DNA of 64,000 bases from Mobula hypostoma (taxonomy: Eukaryota): positions 219,730,001-219,794,000 of the forward strand of contig NC_086097.1 of the NCBI RefSeq assembly GCF_963921235.1. The letters run 5' to 3'. The position numbers were made by a program, and so were the translations under genes. Under the pieces are notes generated by a model, which saw only the letters and a list, made by a program, of their open reading frames with translations, was not told the DNA's origin and made no database searches. How positions within the stretch are numbered: position 1 is the first letter of the stretch; each line of letters opens with the position of its first letter. Positions 25,844 through 36,700 of this stretch are shown here, one piece after another.

Positions 25844-28555
25844 CTGTGAAACAAACCACAGTACACTCAGTACAATGTGATCAAGTGATGCTACAAGATT
25901 CCACAAGAAATATTGTTTGCAGATGAGATCTGATACACATAGGTAAAGAAATAATCAGGAGTTTCTATTTAACTTTCCGTAGTGATAGAAAATGGAAGGG
26001 ATTGCACTCAATTGTCTCTCTGAATGGGGGTAATCTGTACACAATGTTGAACAAAGCACGTTATGAATTTTAACTTCTAGGCATAAACATGGTACTAGTA
26101 AGAAACACTGTTTTTCTTTGAAGTCCAAGATAGGCTTTTCAATGTTTGCAAGTAATTATTAACATCACTTAAAACATAGTTTAAATAAGCTGCAAGTGTT
26201 GGCTGGAGGGATAGATCTGTCAAAAAGTCAAGTCATTCAAGCTGCTTGTGTACAAACATTTATTTACTCTGTAGTGGCCATTTATAAAGTGAGTTTTCCT
26301 GGGTATCAGTAATCAGTCTGCTTCTCAACAATGAACAATCCAAAAAAAAACACTTGGAAAAGAAAATGTTTTAAAACATTGAAATATTGTTGAGATTCAA
26401 GTTGATTAAAATGGAAAACACCAAATAATTTAGTTAAATTAAATTAGACAAGTGGAAACACAGTGTTTAAAGCCACGAGTACATGTAATTCTTTCAAGCT
26501 GCAAAGGAAAGGGTGGGGATGTGTTGGGGGTAAAGGGAAGGTACACTGGGAATCTGTTTTGCTGATTTGAGACTAACATTACATAAGCCTTCATCAGTCA
26601 CTGGTCTACTTTGGAATCCCAGGAACGTCACACTTAAGTATCGGTAGGTCGATAGGAGGGCTATGCAGATTTCCAATAAACTGCATGTAAATCATCACAG
26701 ACTGGATATTGGAAACCGGCTAACTTTCTGAATTACAAAGCTTTGTACTGTGTTGACTTAGAAGAGAAAGCTGAGTATGTTGATAGTAGCTGTAGTTTCT
26801 TCCAAAATCGCCAATGCAAGGTTAGTGGGGAGAAATTCAAAATGACATGGTCACTGTAAATGTAATCAGCATATCTAATAATATCAGTACTATTTCAATA
26901 AAAGGGAGGTAATGAATGAAAATCCTACTGCTTTTAATTTCATAAAGGGAAAATAATATAATAATACTTCGCTAACTTTGTACATTTCAAAAACTGATCT
27001 TGACAGTGTATGTGCCTTTAGCTAATGTCATTTGGTTCAGTTGGTTACATTCTTGCCTTAGTCAAAAGGTTACCAGTTCAAACCCCTCAAGAGAATTTCA
27101 CCACATAATCCTAAACCTGATTAGCAAAAACATTCTTGACAAGTGCATTCACTTTTGTTTGTCCAAGACTTAACTTTAGCACACAATATCAATGTCACGT
27201 TAATTACATTTGGTCTCATAACCTTCCTGTGAACTGGCTTAGAATTTCCACTAAATTAAAGGCTCTAAAATAAAAGCTGATTATTGTTGTAGTATTCAAG
27301 GTCCATTTTCAAATCCAATGCACTCCAGACACCGCCCAAATAATATATATGATTTATTAATAGTCATTGTTCAACCTACTAAAATTAATCAATATCTCGG
27401 GGAAGAACAGTACAGATAATTATTGACTGTATTTAGATTCAGCTGGAAAGGTCAAACACAGTAAGTTTTAGAAAGCAGCAACATTGAAGAGAATTGTGTT
27501 CAGTTAAAATTATCCATAGCATATGTTAGTGTCCCTCTTTGACATGGAACAAGTCCTCGTAGTTCCAGCAAGTTATCAGCTACATGTAATTCACTTTCAA
27601 GTTAAAAAGAGAACCTGAAAAGAAACATGCTAAAAATCATAAATCAAAGAAAACACTAGAAACTTTCAGGTCAGGCAGCACTTGCAGAAAACGTTCACAT
27701 CTGTGAGCACAATTAATCTGTTCACATGTTGATTGCCTTTAAGCATTGTATATTTTTATAATGACATTTTCATGTCTTGCACTGTACTGCTGCCACAGAA
27801 CAACAAATTTCACAACATATGGCAGTGATAATAACTTGATGTTGATTCACTTCTGACAAACAAGTCTCAGACTTAAAACACTAAATTAGTTTCTCCACCC
27901 ATGGATTCTGGCTGGCCTACTTGATGTTTTTAACATTTTAGCTTTTAATACACGTGAGAAAATGATTGGGTAGCATTATCATTATCATTCCAGAACTAAT
28001 TTCATACTTCCACAAATTGAGGAATTACTTAAGCTTTCAGTGCCATCCTTTTAATGGGTCCAGTCGAATTATCAAGTTCAAATTGATTGTCATTTGACTA
28101 TAGTAGGTATATACAACCAAATGACCACAGTGCACATACATTACATATCACACACAACAGATTGAAACAAAATATTACCACAAATAAGTTAATCAAAAAT
28201 ATAATTCAAAGTGCATGTCCAGCCACAAAGGTAAACAATAAACAACTCGCTGTTCTTAGCGCCAAGAGCTCAGTGGTAGCAGGGAATTTCACTGGTCTCA
28301 CAATGAATACAAATTGCTTCTTATCCAATGTACATTTAAAATTCTGCAAAGAAAATTTGTTCACAACCATTTCTTCCCACTCTAACAACTCGACTTTCTT
28401 TTATTGATTTGATAGTGATTGAAATACGTTTTGTGATAGTACCAGACCTAAAGCAGTTTCATGGCAATGAATTAAAAGATGGACAAGGGACCCTGCCGCA
28501 CTGATCATAACAAGTGAGCCCATTTAAAGAGGCACTGTGAGAGAAACAAGCTTAC

Positions 28556-28613
28556 ATTTTGGGAATTGTCTTTTTGAGGGCTCGTTAGACATGCACCGTT
28601 GGCTCTCTGCCAT
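28556..28613 (-). CDS. Candidate first coding exon of an unidentified gene head-to-head with SPICE1 (MAESQRCMSNEPSKRQFPK, phase 1)
   Basis: ATG with +4 G at the CpG-island edge, an in-frame TGA immediately upstream, 58 nt open, then donor AAT|GTAAGC. Confidence 0.4.
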
Positions 28614-29600
28614 CCGTCAGGTGAACCAGTTCCACACTTCCCGCCCCTCCCGGGACCCGATGTGCCACAGCTCAGGCGTCCCGGATGTGACGCTGCGCCG
28701 GCGCGAGCTTTCAATCCAAAGGCGGTTGTTAACGGCCTGCGGTGCGCGTACGCGCTGCTGCAGGCCGCTCGTGACGAGAGCGGGGACGCGCGTTCCAACC
28801 AGGTCCTCGGGCGTCCGCGATGTCGTTCGTCCGTTCTAACCGCTCGGTCCACTCGCAGGCGGCTGGGAAGAGCCGCAAGAAGAAGGGGAAGTTGGCCTCC
28901 ACAAAGGAGTGGGACAGCACCATCAATGACCTGAGCGTTCACCGGGCCGACGCAGAAGAGCTGGCGCGGCGCCGCGAAGCTCGGGTGTCCCGGAACCGGG
29001 CCGCCGCGCAGTGGGAGCTCCGGCAGCGGACAGCGGCGAGCGGTGGGCAGAGGCGGCAGGTGGCGCGGACCCAGCAGCGGCCGGCGATGGCCGAGTTGTT
29101 TCTTGAGCAGTGGCGGCTGCGCGACGTGCTGGCTCGGTCCGACCGCGCTCTGGCCAGGCTGCGGGATCCGTTTGGCGACGCCCCACGGCTCCAGACCGGC
29201 TTCCCGAACGTCACCGTGGCCCCCGGCTGCGACCAGTTTCCCGCCGCGCAGCTGATAGCGCAGCAGGGCGAGCCGCCCACTCAGCTGTCCCTGCTCAGCG
29301 AGTCGGTGATGGACTCGCAGGCCCTCAATGAAGCTTCCTACTGCAAAGAGCCGGAGGCAGGCAGTTCACTGTCCGCACAGCATCAGGCCGGCGTTTACCT
29401 ACTGGAACCGAAAACCCCCGAACCCCTAGGGGGCCGGCCCCAGACATCGCCCACCTGGACCCCAAATGGTGCCTCGGGTTTAAATGCAACCGCAGCCATC
29501 CAGAGGGTGAAGTCGAGGTTGGAAAGCAGAGCGGAGAATGATGCGGATGCAAGTGACACATCCCCAACGCAAACCTCGAGAGTAATCCATCAAGTACTTC
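28590..29600. promoter_or_regulatory. CpG island / probable bidirectional promoter over the SPICE1 5' end
   Basis: Only strongly GC- and CpG-rich stretch in an otherwise CpG-depleted window. Contains an ETS-like CCGGATGT (28681), a MYB-like TAACGG (28730-28735) and the palindrome GCGCGTACGCGC (~28744-28755, NRF1-like). Motif assignments are weak inference. Confidence 0.75.
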
Positions 29601-31249
29601 ATCCGACTTCTAGAAGCTCTCAAAACGGCATATCAAAGGGCAAAGCCTGCGATGCATCTACCGAAAGAATAGAAAACAAGAGGCCCCAGGACAGGCAGAT
29701 GAATCTGGAAGCGCTGCAGGAAATGATTGAGGAAATTGACAAGGAGCTGGTAGAATTGGATTGCCAAACAGAAGGCGAGGTTACCAGCTGGTTGCCCAAG
29801 AAAGGCCGCGGTTTAACAGGCTTCACTTTCTCATTGGTAAGCTTGATCAGCAGATTGACCCATTCTTTAAAAGTGTACAGAATTCAGCAGATGCAAGAGA
29901 AAGAAAACCATCAGCAACTTCTGGAAAAAGCCAATAATCAGCAAGCACTGATTGATGCATTAACAGCAGAATTTCTAACAGTACAGAATAAATTTGTTTC
30001 ACTACAGGCTAACCTGCAGCAATATGTAATCAAGACAGATGAAGAGCTGCAATCACTGAAACAAATGTTGCATAGGTCTCCAAAAGCAGAAGCTGATAAA
30101 CCAAGACAACCCACAGCACATGCAGTAGAACAGGAGAGTTTGTATAGTTGTGCTTGCCTCAAGAATCAAGGGAATATTCAGTCAAGTGTTTTACCACATG
30201 ATGACGAGAGGCTTTTAAAAGGCCTGAACCAAAAGCAGCCCTGTGTTTATCAGCACAAAGGGAATCAGTTGGAGGATGCAAGGAAAGGTCACAGTTTACC
30301 CGAGCATCCATTTGGTCCTGCTGTATTACTTTCTCCTCCAAGACAGAGGAATAGCCAAATAGCAACTGGATCACAAACCACAGTTAACTTGTGTCAGGAG
30401 TCCCCTATGTCTAGCAGTGTAAATACTCCCTCACAGATTCTTAAAGAAGCCCCAGGTGTTCCACAAGGGGAAACTGACTTTGTCAGACATTTAGCAGCAC
30501 AGAACCAAGTGCCAGATTGCCTGGGCCTTGCCCAACAATTGAAGATTTATGAGCATATCAGTGAGCGTAAGAACTTGAGTCTCACTTCAGCTGTTACCAG
30601 TTTGCCATGCATGCAAACCGGAACTGTTGATGACACTGCAAAACACGATCTGAGAAAAATAGAAAACAATGTAGAAGCTGAAGACAGTCAAAATCCTTCT
30701 ATGAATAATTGGCTGAAACATAAAGCAATGTTAGCTCAAATTACGGAGCTACAGTTGCAGAATTCTGCTCTCAAAGCCCAGCTTGGACAGTTCAAAATAG
30801 GTAAATTATCTGAGCCAGCACCACAAATTGAAAAGATTATTCCCAGCACTTGTGAAAGTCTTCAGCAAAGGATTGCTGAGCTCAACCATCAGAGTGCTGA
30901 AGCACGCAACAAACTTTTGCATCTGATTGAACAGCAAAGACAGATTGTCTCTGAGTCAGTATCGCCAGCCATTTCTCCTATACCACCCGAGGGTACGACA
31001 ACAGGAGCTGGCAGCAAAACATTGGAAGTATTGATTCCACTGCCCAGTGAATTGGACTTTTCTGTGGGTAGCACACCTTCCCCTGCCAGTACAATTAATA
31101 GAAATAGATCAGTAGATAACACTAGTACAGCTAGTTCCATATATCACTTAAATAAAGGTGATGGAAATAAGACACCTATTACCCAAGGAACAAAGCCAGA
31201 AAGATTGAAAGAAGAAGGTTGGTTTGCGCTGTCCACTCATACCACCTGA
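28820..31249 (+). CDS. SPICE1: Spindle and centriole-associated protein 1 (SPICE1/CCDC52), 809 aa, single uninterrupted ORF with no introns
   Basis: The N-terminus MSFVRSNR...KKK...EWDSTINDLSVHRA..EELARR...SRNRA..QWEL, the motifs DVLARSDRAL, FGDAPR..TGFPNVTVAP and PPTQLSLLSESVMDSQALNE, coiled-coil segments (NNQQALIDALTAEFL; SLQQRIAELNHQSAEARNKLLHLIEQQ) and the C-terminal EEGWFALSTH all match vertebrate SPICE1 as I recall it. ATG to TGA with no stops or frameshifts. Confidence 0.88.
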   Translation: MSFVRSNRSVHSQAAGKSRKKKGKLASTKEWDSTINDLSVHRADAEELARRREARVSRNRAAAQWELRQRTAASGGQRRQVARTQQRPAMAELFLEQWRLRDVLARSDRALARLRDPFGDAPRLQTGFPNVTVAPGCDQFPAAQLIAQQGEPPTQLSLLSESVMDSQALNEASYCKEPEAGSSLSAQHQAGVYLLEPKTPEPLGGRPQTSPTWTPNGASGLNATAAIQRVKSRLESRAENDADASDTSPTQTSRVIHQVLHPTSRSSQNGISKGKACDASTERIENKRPQDRQMNLEALQEMIEEIDKELVELDCQTEGEVTSWLPKKGRGLTGFTFSLVSLISRLTHSLKVYRIQQMQEKENHQQLLEKANNQQALIDALTAEFLTVQNKFVSLQANLQQYVIKTDEELQSLKQMLHRSPKAEADKPRQPTAHAVEQESLYSCACLKNQGNIQSSVLPHDDERLLKGLNQKQPCVYQHKGNQLEDARKGHSLPEHPFGPAVLLSPPRQRNSQIATGSQTTVNLCQESPMSSSVNTPSQILKEAPGVPQGETDFVRHLAAQNQVPDCLGLAQQLKIYEHISERKNLSLTSAVTSLPCMQTGTVDDTAKHDLRKIENNVEAEDSQNPSMNNWLKHKAMLAQITELQLQNSALKAQLGQFKIGKLSEPAPQIEKIIPSTCESLQQRIAELNHQSAEARNKLLHLIEQQRQIVSESVSPAISPIPPEGTTTGAGSKTLEVLIPLPSELDFSVGSTPSPASTINRNRSVDNTSTASSIYHLNKGDGNKTPITQGTKPERLKEEGWFALSTHTT

Positions 31250-31317
31250 TTCTAAGGATTTGAAATGGATTGATTTACGTTTGGATATTTGAGAAACAAG
31301 AGTTACCATATTTGTAG

Positions 31318-31728
31318 AATAAAGTGTTGCAGATGCTGGAAATCTGAAACAAAATGCACTTTGAGTGGTCAACACAAGAATCACCAATTTATTTTTTTTT
31401 CCAGAGATTTCCGATTTCTTATCGTTTGAGCTTTTGTGTTTTTGCTTTGCCTTACTTTGAATGAAAGTGGATAAAGTGCAAATTGTGTGAGCATGGATAG
31501 TTGAATATTTTTCAATTGTGCTGATTGATATACAGACAAAATGCAGGCATTAATGAATCTACTGTAATAGAAAGAAATGAGTTGTGGCTTCCTTGTTTGC
31601 ACTGTAGTCCTTTTAACTGACCAGTTTTCTATTTGTTTTTAAGTTTAGGTTATTCTCAAGCAGAAGAAGTGATAGGTAATAAATTGGTAATCCATTTACA
31701 TCCTTCCATTACTTTCATTGTAAATAAA
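31318..31728 (+). promoter_or_regulatory. Candidate polyadenylation signals for SPICE1 (AATAAA at 31318, 31678, 31723)
   Basis: Canonical hexamers downstream of the stop codon in AT-rich 3' UTR-like sequence. Which one is used cannot be determined. Confidence 0.45.
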
Positions 31729-32384
31729 TGTAAGATGTAAAACATGCTAAATTACAATCAAGTCTGGACTAAGGAGTTATCAGTTTTTAAGATAAAGAGA
31801 GCTTATTTAATATGTATTTTGTTACGTATTATACTGATGAAATAGATTACAATATGGTTTATACTTGGTACATAATAAAACTTCCACAATATGAACAGAA
31901 ATGGAAGAACATGCCTATGTTTATGGTACTTAGCTCTAAGGATACAATGTAATTTGTAATAAGCTGTCGGAGCTCTTAGTTCAAGCGCTTTGTGGTCTAC
32001 CTGCATTAGAGCCACAACCCTTTGGTGAGATAGGGACTTTATGATTTGGGTATTGGAAGACCACCAGAAGCTGAAAGTTCAGGTGTTCATGGATACCACG
32101 GGGTCAGAGAAGAGAGAAAAAAGAGAAACTAATTGGGGATCTAGGAGAAAAGAAATTGTAGGCAATTAATAAATTTAGTAATTTTTCTGCTAGGACTGAA
32201 AACGGAACTTGAAGTTCTGCAATTGTAAAAATGCTATTAATTGACCTAAATGTCTGTGGTCTTCCTGTTCCATGGTCATTATTTGTGTTGTTTTGCAAGT
32301 GTTTGTTGTGTTTTCTATATGTCAGTCCTCCCATCCCATCCTGGATACATCCCCAATTGATAGATCTACCTGTGAGAACAATAG

Positions 32385-33312
32385 AACCATAGACAACCAT
32401 AGAAACTACAGCACAGAAACAGGCCTTTTGGCCCTTCTTGGCTGTGCTGAACCATTTTCTGCCTAGTCCCACTGACCTGCACACGGACCATATCCCTCCA
32501 TACACCTCCCATCCATGTATCTGTCCAATTTATTCTTAAATGTTAAAAGAGAACCCGCATTTACCACCTCGTCTGGTAGCTCATTCCATACTCCCACCAC
32601 TCTCTGTGTGAAGAAGCCCCCCCCCAATGTTCCCTTTAAACTTTTCCCCCCTCACCCTTAACCCACGTCCTCTGGTTTTTTTCTCCCCTTGCCTCAGTGG
32701 AAAAAGCCTGCTTGCATTCACTTTATCTATACCCATCATAATTTTATATACCTTTATCAAATCTCCCCTCATTCTTCTACGCTCCGGGGAATAAAGTCCT
32801 AACCTATTCAACCTTTCTCTGTAACTGAGTTTGTCAAGTCCTGGCAACATCCTTGTAAACCTCTGCACTCTTTCAACCTTATTTATGTCCTTCCTGTAAT
32901 TTGGTGATCAAAACTGAACACAATACTCCAGATTCGGCCTCACCAATGTGTTATACAACCTCATCATAACAATCCAGCTCTTATACTCAATAATAAAGGC
33001 CAATGTACCAAAAGCTCTCTTTACGACCCTATCTACCTGTGACGCCACTTTTAGGGAATTTTGTATCTGTATTCGCAGATCCCTCTGTTCCACTGCACTC
33101 CTCAATGCCTTACCATTAACCCTGTATGTTCTACCTTGGTTTGTTCTTCCAAGGTGCAGTACCTCACACTTGTCTGTATTAAACTCCAGCTGCCATTTTT
33201 CAGCCCATTTTTCCAGCTGGTCCAAGTCCCTCTGCAGGCTCTGAAAACCTTCTTCACTGTCTACTACACCTCCAATCTTTGTATCATCAGCAATTTGCTG
33301 ATCCAATTTACC
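32385..33312 (-). mobile_element. Young CR1 LINE 3' fragment
   Basis: ORFs 32908-33306 (ADDTKIGGVVDSEEG..LQRDLD.L) and 32581-32868; (catagaac)n tail. Confidence 0.9.
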
Positions 33313-33440
33313 AGTTTAAAATGGAGCTTTGATATTTTAATCCACTAAATATTCCTAATAATTTTGGTTGTAAAACAAACTGATTTTTTTTAAAGAAATC
33401 ATCACTTGAGAATAAGAAGAGTACAAACAAGTGGAAATCC

Positions 33441-33495
33441 AAACAACACACAAAATGCTGGAAGAACTCAGCAGGCCAGGCAGCATCTATGGAAA
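33441..33495 (-). mobile_element. Penelope pLTR fragment
   Basis: aacacacaaaatgctggaagaactcagcaggccaggcagcatctatgga. Confidence 0.65.
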
Positions 33496-35112
33496 AGCCT
33501 ATAAAGTAGAAGAATACATTGTGTTTCACTCTGAGATTTCCTTTTGCATACTAAGTGGAAGTGTACTGGAACACAATCACTGTTTTTGCCTCCCCATTTT
33601 AGAGGAAATTGTCACAAGCAGTGAATTTACAAAATTGAAAGAAGTATAAAGTATATTAGGAATTCTCAGCAGCAGTCAGGAAGGAGGAAAAGGCAAATCT
33701 TGCTACTCCAGACCTTGGTTAGGAGATGGCTGTTTGGGGGTGGGGCAGACAATGTGATAGATTGACAGGAGAAATGGGCTGTTATGGAGGAATGCCTTTT
33801 GGAATGCTGAAAGAGAGTTTATGAATTGAAAGTATTTGGTGTGTTGTAGATGGTGAAAAATTGTCCATTCAGGGTAGATAATGTTCGATGGTCGGGCGGC
33901 AGGTGGAGAACCTCAGCATGTCATAGCTATCACTGAATTACAATAGTAATTACCTGCTACAGTAGTTACAATTACATTGTTTCCAAAATATTTCCGAGTA
34001 TTACTAACTCTACTGTAATTTCTAACTTCATTTTTTTCTTAGCATTTCCCATCTTCGTTGTTTTTTCATATTGCAACCCTTCTTGCAGCTCCATATTGAT
34101 ATTGGACATTTCCTTTTTACTAGTGACCACATTGAACTATGAAGTCTTTGCCTCTTGCAAAGCCAAGTTCAGGGCATTGTGGACCTTGTACTTTTTTCTA
34201 TTCTCATTCTCAACAGTACCTTCTGATAATTAAAATAGGCTTGCTGCAACACCTTGTACCGATTCTTCCAACCATTCTGTGGATTGTGGCAAAGTATCCT
34301 AACATTCTAATGAACAGACTTTCATATAGTGTAAACAAATCAAATCTTTTCAAAAGATTGCACTACTGAAGAGTAAATGCTCCATTCGCTCAGAAGAAGC
34401 AATATCGGTGGCTCCACCATATTCTCATGTGGTGAATCCATGTCCTTATTTTCTGGTGGTAAGAAAGCCAACAATTCTGCACATTTTTCTCTTGCATCTA
34501 AATAGTAAAATCACTGATGATATTCCTATTCATTCCTGCTCTTGTCCTTGGTAGTGGAGGCCACGTATTTAGAAAGTGCTATTACAGGAGCCTGGCTTAG
34601 AAAGTGCAGTGTATTTTGCAAATAATGTACATTGTCACTGCACAAGAGGCAGAGCAAGTGGATGTTTAGCATGATAGGGTGTCATCAAACAGGCTACTTT
34701 ATCCTGAATGCTCATTGAGAATTGTTGGAGTTGTGCTCTTCAAAACAAATGAAGAATATTACATCATGGTCCTGATTTGTGCCCTGTATATGCTGAAAGG
34801 CCTTGGGATGTCCAGGAGGAGAGTATCTCACTACAGGGCACCCAGCTGATAGAAGGATTTTGGAGGATTGGACTTAATTTCCCTTACTTACACAGGATAT
34901 ATATGGACAATTTTTTCACATTTTCAATACTGGTTAAATGCCAGTATTGTAACTATTGGAGCAGCTTGGCTAAAGGGTTCTACCTGGTTTAGAACTGCCA
35001 GATCTGTTCTGTATTCTATTTAGAACATTTATATTGCTGCACCACATTATGGACTTGCCGCTCGAAGGGCTCTTGTGGTGCAGTGGTCACTTCTGCTAAG
35101 TCTGTCCTGGAC

Positions 35113-35760
35113 AAAGTTCAAAGTAAATTAATTATCAAAGTATGTATATGTTACCACCATGTACTACCCTGAGATTTAATATCTTGCAGGCATTCAGAGT
35201 AGAACAAAGAAGTATAGAAACGATGGAAAACTGCACCCAAAAGACTGATAAACAACCGATGTGCAAAAAAAGATACATGCCAAATTAAAATAAGTAAATA
35301 CATAAATAACACTCAGAACATAAGTTGTAGCATCCTTATAAGTGAGTCTATAGATTGTGGAATCAGTTCAGAGTTGAAGTGAGTGATGTCCTCCACACTG
35401 GTTCAGGGGCCTAATGATTGAAGGGTAATAAAACTATTCCTAAACTGGTGGCATGGGGCTTGTACCCCCTTCTCAATGGCAGCAGTGAGAAGTGAGTATG
35501 GCCTGCATGGTGGGGGGTCCTTGATGATAATTGTAGATTATTCTGGTAATGGTCCTTGTAGATGTGCTGTATGGTTGGGAGGGCCTTCCCTGTGATGGAC
35601 TGGCCTGTATCCACCACTTTTTGTAGGCTTTTCTAGTCTTGGGCATAGGTGTTTCCATACCAGGCTGTGATGAACTAGTCAGGATACTTTCCACTGTGCA
35701 TGTATAGCAGTTTGTCAAAAGTTTTAGATGACATGCTGAATCTGCATTAGCTTCAAAGAA
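35113..35760 (-). mobile_element. Rex1/Babar-like LINE 3' fragment
   Basis: YTCTVESILT, ITGKALPTIQHIYK and a caaagttcaaagt tail. Confidence 0.75.
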
Positions 35761-36407
35761 CATGCCCAAATAGGTTGTTGAGAAAGTGCTTGATACCTGC
35801 CACGGACCCTGTATGACATCTGTATTCTTCAGGATTTAGCGAGGTTGTTTTTGCTGCTGCCACCAAGTTGCTCTTTATGATGTACATGGCTGACCACAAC
35901 CCAGCATATGTACTGTGGCATTGTCGCACAAGGTGCTCTTCCAGGAGCTGCTTAACATTGAGAAGCAATGGTTCAGTCACTTAGGAATAACAGCAACTGA
36001 AAATCAGGAAGAGGCTTTGGGCATGTTTGACCTGACATAGTCATATTTCATGAAGACTGGATTTGATGTTGCAGACTTAGAAGTGTTGCTCCTTGTACAT
36101 GTTTTGTCCCACATTCCTGCACCTAAAGATTGTGAAGGAAGAGTGTGGCATAGGGTCTGTAAGGTATGTAAAGCTGTTTCTTGATTAGTAAATGAGAAAA
36201 GTCTCCCAATTTTGATACAAAAGTATCCAGTGATTGTGAAGGGTTTTTCATCTTATCAGCCATTGCTTCCTCACCTTTGCAATATATTTGGTGACAATTA
36301 CATTGAACCATACTTTATGAGTATTCTGAAAGCTGAGTAACTCCCAAATTTTCCATAACAAAACTTTTATTTCGCTGTTCTACTCATTGATTTATTAACT
36401 TGCTAAT

Positions 36408-36700
36408 TTTATTTATTTATTTATTGAAATAGAGCCACAGTGTGGAACAGGCCCTTCCAGCTCAATGAGCCATGCTGCCCAGCAACCCAAAAATTTAATG
36501 CTAGCTTAAGTACAGGACCAATTAACCAGTACTAACCAGTATGTCTTTGGACTGTAGGAGCAAACCAGCACACCCAGAGGAAACCCATGCTCAAACTGGA
36601 AGTTCATATAAACTCTCAGGCGAGCTGGAATTGAACTCTGAACTCCGACGCCCTAAGCTGTGATAACATTGAGCTAACTGCTACGCTGCTGTGGCGCTCT
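36408..36700 (-). mobile_element. tRNA-derived V-SINE (HE1-like)
   Basis: Minus-strand tRNA-like head (A/B-box remnants, gttcaattcc), V-domain-like gggtttcctctgggtg.gctggttt.ctcc.acagtccaaagac, CR1-like tail and (ttta)n. Confidence 0.7.

Noticed and set aside
28505..29567. Multiple overlapping alternative-frame and antisense ORFs around the SPICE1 start
   Set aside because: Expected stop-codon depletion in a GC-rich island; no recognisable domains.
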